Positions 57,112 through 64,000 of a stretch of DNA of 64,000 nt are shown here, in pieces. Position 1 is the stretch's first letter. Every line of letters begins with the position of its first letter. This stretch comes from an uncultured Marinoscillum sp. GTDB lineage: Bacteria > Bacteroidota > Bacteroidia > Cytophagales > MED-G16. The translations under genes were made by a program, and so were the position numbers. The stretch is from NCBI GenBank assembly GCA_964467915.1, contig CAYXSW010000004.1, forward strand, positions 4,476 through 68,475. Direction: 5' to 3'. The notes below the pieces were generated by a model. The model was not told where the DNA came from and ran no database searches. It saw only the letters and a list, made by a program, of their open reading frames with translations.

Positions 57112-57844
57112 AATTGTAATACTTCTATTTTTAGGATTAGTTTCAGGTATAATAAATACTTTAGCAGGTGGAGGATCATTAATAACTCTCCCGGTTATGA
57201 TATTTATGGGCATTCCACCTGTTGAAGCAAATGGGACTAATAGAATTCAATTGATTTTTCAAAATATTTCTGCAGTATATGGTTTTAAAAGCAAGGGAAT
57301 ATCTTATTTTAAATTTTCAAGTTGGTTATCAATATCATCACTTTTAGGCGCAATTCTTGGAGCAACCATAGCTATAAATTTTCCAGAAGAATTATTTAAG
57401 AAACTTCTATCTATAATTATGATAATCGTGATGGTATCACTATTTATCAAAGAAAAAAGAAAAAAAACATTTCTTACTAAAAAGAATATTAAAAATAAAT
57501 TATTATCATTTTTTTTATTTTTCTTAGTTGGTATCTACGGGGGCTTTATTCATGCTGGAGTTGGTTTTTTTATGATTTTGATTTTATCAAAGGTTAATGA
57601 ATTAAAAATATCTCATAGTAACAGTATAAAAGTTTTTGTTGCTTTAATATTTTCATTATCAGCATTTTTAATTTTTTTATTTGATAATAAAGTTAATTGG
57701 GTTTATGGCATAAATTTAGGGGTTGGAAGTGCAGCTGGAGGATGGCTAGCAAGTAGATGGTCTTACAATGTATCTGACAAAATAATGAAAATTATACTAT
57801 CAATAATTATTTCTATTATGTCAGTTAGTTTATGGTTTTTTTAA
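57098..57844 (+). CDS. TauE/SafE family sulfite/anion exporter
   Basis: 248 aa, polytopic. GGGSLITLPVMIFMGIPPVEANGTNRI motif. Confidence 0.75.
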   Translation: MEINEIVILLFLGLVSGIINTLAGGGSLITLPVMIFMGIPPVEANGTNRIQLIFQNISAVYGFKSKGISYFKFSSWLSISSLLGAILGATIAINFPEELFKKLLSIIMIIVMVSLFIKEKRKKTFLTKKNIKNKLLSFFLFFLVGIYGGFIHAGVGFFMILILSKVNELKISHSNSIKVFVALIFSLSAFLIFLFDNKVNWVYGINLGVGSAAGGWLASRWSYNVSDKIMKIILSIIISIMSVSLWFF

Positions 57845-57846
57845 AG

Positions 57847-58713
57847 ATGAAAATATTAATAATTATACCTGTTTATAACGAAGAAAAAAATTTAACTGAA
57901 ACTTTAGATTCTTTTCTTAACCAAACTTACAAAGTATCACAATTAACTTTTGTAAATGACGGATCTACAGATAGATCATCTAGCATATTAAAAAAGTTTG
58001 CCAAAAAAAATAAATCAATAAATTATGTATCAAATAATAATTCGAAATCATATGCTAAACCAGGTAAAAAAATAATTAAAACATTTAATTATGGCCTTGA
58101 AAGATCAATAAAAGATTTTGATCTTATAGGAAAATTTGATGCTGATATCATTTTACCAGAAAATTATTTTGAGAGAATGGTGGAATCTTTTAGAAGTGAT
58201 AAAGATTTAGGGATGTGTTCAGGTGTTCTTGCAGTAAAAAAGAATAATGTTTTAAAAATCGACAACATGTACAATAAGAATCATGTAAGAGGTTGTATTA
58301 AATTATATAGCAGAGAAGCATTTAAAACAATTGGAGGTCTTTATGAATCTATTGGATGGGATACACTAGATGAATTACAATTAGAATATAACAAATTTAA
58401 AATTCATGTTAATCAAAAAATTATTTGTATTCATCAAAGAGAAACGGGAAATAGATATAAAAAAGAAAAATTTATAAAACAAGGTAGGGTAATGTATTTA
58501 CTTGGGTATGATTTTCTTTTATGTGTTATTGGTTCAATTAAATTTTCAATAAAAAACCAATCAATTTTCCCTTTACTTCATTCAATTTATGGATACATGT
58601 TTTCTTTAATAAACAAAGAGGAAAAAATTGTCAGTAATAATTTTTCTAAATTTGTTAGAGGGTATAGATATAAAAATATATATCATAAAATTAAGAAATG
58701 GGGAAAATATTAA
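57847..58713 (+). CDS. Family 2 glycosyltransferase
   Basis: ATG 57847 gives MKILIIIPVYNEEKNL...FVNDGSTDRS, which is preferred over the track start at 57832 that overlaps tauE. Confidence 0.8.
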   Translation: MKILIIIPVYNEEKNLTETLDSFLNQTYKVSQLTFVNDGSTDRSSSILKKFAKKNKSINYVSNNNSKSYAKPGKKIIKTFNYGLERSIKDFDLIGKFDADIILPENYFERMVESFRSDKDLGMCSGVLAVKKNNVLKIDNMYNKNHVRGCIKLYSREAFKTIGGLYESIGWDTLDELQLEYNKFKIHVNQKIICIHQRETGNRYKKEKFIKQGRVMYLLGYDFLLCVIGSIKFSIKNQSIFPLLHSIYGYMFSLINKEEKIVSNNFSKFVRGYRYKNIYHKIKKWGKY

Positions 58714-60176
58714 AACAAAGCTTTTGGACTACTATTGTAATTTATTTTGGTGTTCTTCTTGGCTTTATTAATTCTATAATACTGTTTCCTAAATTCTTAA
58801 CGACAGAACAGATAGGTCTAATAAGGCAAATTATAAGTGCCTCAACAATTTTAATTCCTATTGCAACTTTTGGAGTAAGTTCTACTTATGTTAAATTTTA
58901 TCCTCTTGTTAAAGAATCTACAAAAGAAAAAAAACAATTTTTTAGTCTTAATTTAATAATTACTCTAATCTTTTATTCAATTGTCTTGTTTTCTCTAATC
59001 TTTTTTTTAGATGAAATAGAATTGCTTTTCTCAGAAAAATCTCAATTGTTCTTTGAGTATTTCTATATAGTATATATCATTTTATTTATAATGAGTATAA
59101 GCACATTAATAGAATCGTATTTAAGAGCGAGATACGATACAATTCTAACAAATATAATCAATGGTGTATCTAATAGATTTTTTACAGCTGTAACTGTTAT
59201 TCTTTTATCTTTATCAATTATAGATTTTGATTTTTTAATAAATTTTCAAATCCTAGTATATTCTATTGGTCTTTTTATCCTAATTTATTATGCAAATAAA
59301 AAAGATAAATTATCCATTACTTTTAGTTTTGAGAAGATTAAAAAACATTTTAGTAAAATATTTAATTATAGCTCATATGCTTTTTTAGGATCTTTCTCGA
59401 ATATAATAGTCCTTAATAGCGATGTTCTTATGGTTACAAGCTTACTTGGTTTAACACAAACAGGAATTTATACAACAGCATTTTATATTGGAATGATTAT
59501 TGAAATACCAAGAAGAGCAATATCTCAGATTTCAATTCCTTTTATTTCGGAAAATATTAAAAATAATAAAATAAAAAAAATTGAAAATTATTATAAAGAG
59601 ATAAGTTTACATCAAACCTTAATTGGAGTACTTTTTTATCTTCTAGTAATAATTAATCTTGATCATATTTTTAATTTAATTCCTAATTCTGAAAATTTTA
59701 TATCTGGCAAAAATGTAGTTTATGTAATTGGTTTATCTAAGTTGATTATTATGTTTTTTAGTTTTAATTCGGAAATTATTTCTCTTTCAAAACATTATAG
59801 ATTCACAGTAATTACGATAATAATTTTAGCTTTTTTAAATATACTATTAAACCTAATTCTAATTCCAAATCATGGGATGATAGGGGCTGCATATGCCTCA
59901 TTAATTTCTATTTCACTTTTTAATATTTTAAAATTTATTTTCATAAAATTTAAAATGAAAATATCTCCATTTTCAATAGATTCAATTAAAATAATATTAG
60001 TGGGTATAGTTGTATTTTGTATATCTAATTATTTAATTCCCTCAACAGATAATTCATGGTTAGATATAATAATAAAATCATTATCATCAACCTCAATTTA
60101 TTTGGTACTTATATATAAACTAAAAGTTTCTAGAAAATTTAATGATTTATTAAATCAGTTTATTAAGATTCGATAA
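58698..60176 (+). CDS. Wzx-like oligosaccharide flippase / polysaccharide biosynthesis membrane protein
   Basis: 492 aa with about 12-14 TM segments, in a glycosyltransferase context. Confidence 0.6.
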   Translation: MGKILKQSFWTTIVIYFGVLLGFINSIILFPKFLTTEQIGLIRQIISASTILIPIATFGVSSTYVKFYPLVKESTKEKKQFFSLNLIITLIFYSIVLFSLIFFLDEIELLFSEKSQLFFEYFYIVYIILFIMSISTLIESYLRARYDTILTNIINGVSNRFFTAVTVILLSLSIIDFDFLINFQILVYSIGLFILIYYANKKDKLSITFSFEKIKKHFSKIFNYSSYAFLGSFSNIIVLNSDVLMVTSLLGLTQTGIYTTAFYIGMIIEIPRRAISQISIPFISENIKNNKIKKIENYYKEISLHQTLIGVLFYLLVIINLDHIFNLIPNSENFISGKNVVYVIGLSKLIIMFFSFNSEIISLSKHYRFTVITIIILAFLNILLNLILIPNHGMIGAAYASLISISLFNILKFIFIKFKMKISPFSIDSIKIILVGIVVFCISNYLIPSTDNSWLDIIIKSLSSTSIYLVLIYKLKVSRKFNDLLNQFIKIR

Positions 60177-61404
60177 TATCCTTGTATCTGTCAGCGATTC
60201 TATCATATCTTAAGCTAGAATAATCACATTTAATATTTATTAATTTACCTTCTTTAAAAGAATCAAATGATTTTATTAAAAAATCTTTAATCCCTCTTTT
60301 ATCATGATATTTAAGTGATTTATTTCTCTTATATTTTTTTAAAAAATAGTCAACATCCTTATTTTTAAAATCACTCAGTGTAAGTATAGGCCTTTCAGAA
60401 ACCAAATAATCAAAAATTTTATATGGAGTAGTATTTTGTGATTCTTTATTGTTTAATAATAGCAAAAGAATAGAAGAAGAAGTTAAACTATTTTCTAATT
60501 TTTTAAAGCTTATAAATGGTTTTAACACTAAACTAGTATTTAAGATTTTCTTTTTTCTTAAATAATTAATTGTAGATAATTGAATATTTCCATAAATATG
60601 AAACTCGAACCTTTCTTTTAACTCATCATTTATTGATAGTAATTCATCCAGAGCATCAATAAAAACTTTAGGATCTCTAAATTTATTTATTAATCCAAAG
60701 TATGATATCACAAATTTTTTTGATTTAAATGGACTAGAATTGATTTCAGAACCATTATGGACATAATCAATTTTATTATTTTCACATATTTGAGAAAACT
60801 CTTTTTTTAAATTAGAATTTGTTACTACAATTTTATCTGATGATTTTAAAAATGAAGTTTCAATTTTGGAATGAATCCATTTAGAAATATAAGTTGGATT
60901 CATTCCCAAAAGAATATCCCAATTTAAATAAGGATCTCTAAAATCTGATATCCATTTTATATTATGAGTGTTTTTTAATTTTAATGCAATTTTATGAATA
61001 CTGTGTGGAGGTGAAGAGGTTATAATAGTATTAATTTTATTTTCAATTATTAATTTATCTAAAAACTTGATTAACTTATTAAATGATAAAATTCTCGCAT
61101 CTGGATAAAAAAAATTGACTCTGAACCAAGATAAAATTTTAATTAATAAATTTTGAGAAGAATCTAAAACTCCCTTATTAAAATTTCTCTTCTTTGATCC
61201 TAATAAAAAATAAAATGAATTTATTATTTTTCTTTGAATAACTACTATATCACCATCATTAAAGGTTTTATTTTCATTACCAAATGTCAAAACAAATATT
61301 TTATAATTTAATCTAGATAACTCTCTAGATAAATTTATCCATCTCATCTTAGCAACAGATTTTTCGGACTTCCAGTAAAAAGTAATTAATAATAATTTTT
61401 TCAA
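60163..61404 (-). CDS. Glycosyltransferase (GT-B fold, group 1-like)
   Basis: 413 aa. MKKLLLITFYW... N-terminal domain and C-terminal TTPYKIFDYLVSERPILT motif. Confidence 0.5.
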   Translation of the reverse strand: MKKLLLITFYWKSEKSVAKMRWINLSRELSRLNYKIFVLTFGNENKTFNDGDIVVIQRKIINSFYFLLGSKKRNFNKGVLDSSQNLLIKILSWFRVNFFYPDARILSFNKLIKFLDKLIIENKINTIITSSPPHSIHKIALKLKNTHNIKWISDFRDPYLNWDILLGMNPTYISKWIHSKIETSFLKSSDKIVVTNSNLKKEFSQICENNKIDYVHNGSEINSSPFKSKKFVISYFGLINKFRDPKVFIDALDELLSINDELKERFEFHIYGNIQLSTINYLRKKKILNTSLVLKPFISFKKLENSLTSSSILLLLLNNKESQNTTPYKIFDYLVSERPILTLSDFKNKDVDYFLKKYKRNKSLKYHDKRGIKDFLIKSFDSFKEGKLINIKCDYSSLRYDRIADRYKDIIES

Positions 61405-61458
61405 ATTTCTATTTTAATAGCATTAAATATACATTTAATTAGTTTATTAAGTATTTTT

Positions 61459-62436
61459 ATGACCATGAAAAAAATAGCAGTTTTAACTTCTGGAGGAGAT
61501 GCACCAGGAATGAATGCATGTATAAGGTCAATAGTGAGAACATCAAGTCACTTAGGGATAAAGATATTTGGAATACAACATGGATACCAAGGGTTAATAG
61601 AGAATAATATAAATATCTTAACTCCAAAAGATGTAGGAAATACAATCCATGTTGGTGGAACTATTCTTAAAACTGCTAGGTCAGATGAATTTAGGACAAA
61701 AAATGGCAGAGATAAAGCATATAAAAATCTAATTACTAATAAGATTGATGGTCTTATAGTAATAGGTGGAGATGGTTCGTTAACTGGAGCAAATATATTT
61801 TTTAAAGAAAATAATTTCCCTTTAATTGGAATTCCTTGTACAATTGACAACGACTTATACGGAACAGATTATTCAATTGGATTTGCGTCAGCGAGAGAAA
61901 CTATTGTGGAAGCAGTTGATAAGATAAGAGATACAGCTGCATCTCACGAACGTATATTTGTTGTTGAAGTTATGGGGAGAGAATCAGGTTATCTTGCTCT
62001 TGAATCTGGAATAGCATCAGGTGCAGAAATGATATTAATACCCGAATACGAAACAGATTTAAATTCAATTGTCAAAGAAATTAAAAAAATAAATAAAGAA
62101 AAAAAATCATTAATAATCATTTATGCTGAGGGTTGTAAATTTGGATCATTAAAAAAATTAACAAAAAACATCAAAGATAAAATTGAAGGTAGCAATGTCA
62201 GATATTCAGTTTTAGGTCATGTCCAGAGAGGAGGAACTGCAGTTCCTTCAGATAGGATTCTAGGAACAATTTTAGGAAACAAATGTGTTGAATTTTTATT
62301 AAAAGGAGAAGTAAATAAAATGGTAGGTTTGATTGATAATAAGACTAAATTAAACTCAATTGATGAAATTTTAAAAAATAAAAAAGGTATCGATAATGAA
62401 CTTTATGATATTTCAAAAATGATATCAAATTATTAA
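61459..62436 (+). CDS. pfkA: ATP-dependent 6-phosphofructokinase
   Basis: VLTSGGDAPGMNA, IGGDGS, IPCTIDND and GHVQRGG. Confidence 0.95.
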   Translation: MTMKKIAVLTSGGDAPGMNACIRSIVRTSSHLGIKIFGIQHGYQGLIENNINILTPKDVGNTIHVGGTILKTARSDEFRTKNGRDKAYKNLITNKIDGLIVIGGDGSLTGANIFFKENNFPLIGIPCTIDNDLYGTDYSIGFASARETIVEAVDKIRDTAASHERIFVVEVMGRESGYLALESGIASGAEMILIPEYETDLNSIVKEIKKINKEKKSLIIIYAEGCKFGSLKKLTKNIKDKIEGSNVRYSVLGHVQRGGTAVPSDRILGTILGNKCVEFLLKGEVNKMVGLIDNKTKLNSIDEILKNKKGIDNELYDISKMISNY

Positions 62437-63345
62437 TTTTTTTAATGTACTAATTATCTGATTATCATTTACCTCATCATCAAACCAGTTTACATTTTCA
62501 TATTTATTAAACCATGTCATTTGTCTTTTGGAATATTTTCTTGTATTACTTTTAATCAATTTTATAGCATCATTTAAACTTATTTCTCCATCCAAATAAC
62601 TAAATAGCTCTTTATATCCTACTGTATTTAATGCATTTAATTTTTTAAAATCTCTTAACCCTTTTACTTCATCAACCAACCCATTCTCAATCATTAAATC
62701 TACCCTCTTATTTATTCTATTATAAAGAATTTCTTTTGAAAATTTATAACCAAGAAAATAGATGTCAATATCATTTCTCAAGTCACTAATCCCCTTGTGG
62801 TATGAAGAATATGGTTTTTTTTTATAGAGGGAAACCTCAAGAGCTCTAATTACTCTTTGAGGATTTTTTAAGTCAATATTTTTATGAGATTTTGGATCAA
62901 CTTCCTTAAGTTTATTAGAAAGTGAAGAAAGACCATTTATTTTTAGTGATCTATTTAATTCTTCTCTAAATTCTTTTGGAACTTTTGGAACATTATCGAT
63001 TCCTTTAATGATGACATCAATAAATAGACCAGAACCTCCCACCAATACAGCTATATCATTTGATTTAAAATATTTTCTAAGAAACCTATCAACCTCTTCC
63101 TTATATTTACCAACACTATAATCATCCTTTATCGATAAATTATTTATAAAATAGTGATTTATAATAGAAAGTTCATACTTCGAAGGTTTTGCAGTGCCTA
63201 TATTCAATTCCTTATAAAATTGTCTTGAGTCAGCAGAAATTATTTCTGATTTAAATTCTGATGCTAACTTTATCGCAAGACCAGTTTTCCCACTGGCAGT
63301 TGGACCTATTATAACAATTAACTTTTTTTTATTTATCTTCAACAA
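62425..63345 (-). CDS. miaA: tRNA dimethylallyltransferase
   Basis: IIGPTASGKTGLAI P-loop, SADSRQFYKELNIGTAKP and YSKRQMTWF. TTG start. Confidence 0.9.
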   Translation of the reverse strand: MLKINKKKLIVIIGPTASGKTGLAIKLASEFKSEIISADSRQFYKELNIGTAKPSKYELSIINHYFINNLSIKDDYSVGKYKEEVDRFLRKYFKSNDIAVLVGGSGLFIDVIIKGIDNVPKVPKEFREELNRSLKINGLSSLSNKLKEVDPKSHKNIDLKNPQRVIRALEVSLYKKKPYSSYHKGISDLRNDIDIYFLGYKFSKEILYNRINKRVDLMIENGLVDEVKGLRDFKKLNALNTVGYKELFSYLDGEISLNDAIKLIKSNTRKYSKRQMTWFNKYENVNWFDDEVNDNQIISTLKKLII

Positions 63346-63354
63346 TTAAATTTT

Positions 63355-63624
63355 ATGAACTTCAAGTTAACCAAGCAATTTCAAAAAAAAATAGAATTAC
63401 TTTTAGAATCTCAAGATTACAAAATTAGATTTGAAAAAGGTAATTTTAAGTCTGGTTATTGTATAATCCGTGATAAAAAAGTAGTTATTATAAATAAATA
63501 TTTTACAACTGAGGGTAAAATTAATGCCCTAATAGAAATTATTGAATCTATTAATATATCTCCCGAAAAATGCTCAAATGAAAACTTAAATACACTGAAT
63601 AAAATTTTAAAAATTGAAAGTTAA
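63355..63624 (+). CDS. Small hypothetical protein
   Basis: 89-aa ORF with no motif recognised. Its position between miaA and the MBL hydrolase gene leaves no other coding option. Confidence 0.4.
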   Translation: MNFKLTKQFQKKIELLLESQDYKIRFEKGNFKSGYCIIRDKKVVIINKYFTTEGKINALIEIIESINISPEKCSNENLNTLNKILKIES

Positions 63625-64000
63625 CTTTTTAGGTACTGGCACATCTCAAGGAATACCTGTAATTGGATGCAAATGCAATGTCTGTATTTCAAAAAATATA
63701 AAAGACAAAAGATTAAGATCATCAGTATATATAGAAAAAACCAGTTGTAATTTCATTATAGATACTGGTCCTGATCTAAGACAACAAGTTTTGAAAAACA
63801 ATATATCGAGGCTTGATTTTGTATTATACACTCACGCGCATAGAGATCATGTTTCAGGAATTGATGAACTTAGATCCTTTAATTTTATACAAAAAAAAGC
63901 TATTTCTGCTTACGGAAATTATCAACTAGTAGACCAACTAAAAAAGGATTATTCTTATATTTTTAGTGGATTTAAATACCCTGGATTACCAAAAATAAAT
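63614..64000 (+). CDS. MBL-fold metallo-hydrolase (PhnP/RNase-Z-like), 3' end beyond the window
   Basis: TTG 63614 gives MKVNFLGTGTSQGIPVIGCKC...DTGPD...YTHAHRDH (HxHxDH). The frame is open to the window end. Confidence 0.75.
   Translation, partial: MKVNFLGTGTSQGIPVIGCKCNVCISKNIKDKRLRSSVYIEKTSCNFIIDTGPDLRQQVLKNNISRLDFVLYTHAHRDHVSGIDELRSFNFIQKKAISAYGNYQLVDQLKKDYSYIFSGFKYPGLPKIN

Overview
This 64-kb window comes from a strongly AT-rich (by eye, not computed), very compact chromosome, most likely Bacteroidota of the Flavobacteriia type. Support for that placement: a T9SS type-B C-terminal sorting domain, a SusB-like GH97, many lipobox lipoproteins, no Shine-Dalgarno-like tracts before start codons, and recurrent TAnnTTTG boxes upstream of genes. 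I can support about 70 protein-coding genes and 2 tRNAs (Glu-UUC, Arg-UCG). I recognised no rRNA, CRISPR array, transposase, integrase, phage gene or known defence gene. Most content is housekeeping: hisS, argS, ffh, pdhB, a 2-oxoacid dehydrogenase E2, sucC, gap, pfkA, fmt, folA, folK, miaA, and pncA/pncB plus cinA for NAD salvage. Envelope and glycan genes are interspersed among these: glycosyltransferases, a Wzx-like flippase, an FkbM methyltransferase, YfhO and CotH. A small sulfur-ester cluster holds a formylglycine-generating enzyme, a beta-lactamase-fold hydrolase, an arylsulfatase and a sulfotransferase. I see no clear novel defence or mobile system. The best candidates for undescribed biology are: (1) YfhO translationally coupled to two tandem 'mini-plug' lipoproteins; (2) the FGE / serine hydrolase / sulfatase operon with a neighbouring sulfotransferase; (3) a three-gene envelope operon of two LVIVD-like lipoproteins and a beta-barrel; (4) a Cys-bracketed tandem-domain lipoprotein carrying a 15-nt periodic DK-rich repeat; (5) an architectural pattern in which 13 of 15 convergent gene pairs abut or overlap at their stop codons; and (6) a tRNA-Arg wedged between sucC and an acylase gene with 6-7 nt spacers. 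All family assignments come from motifs read by eye. No database search was run.
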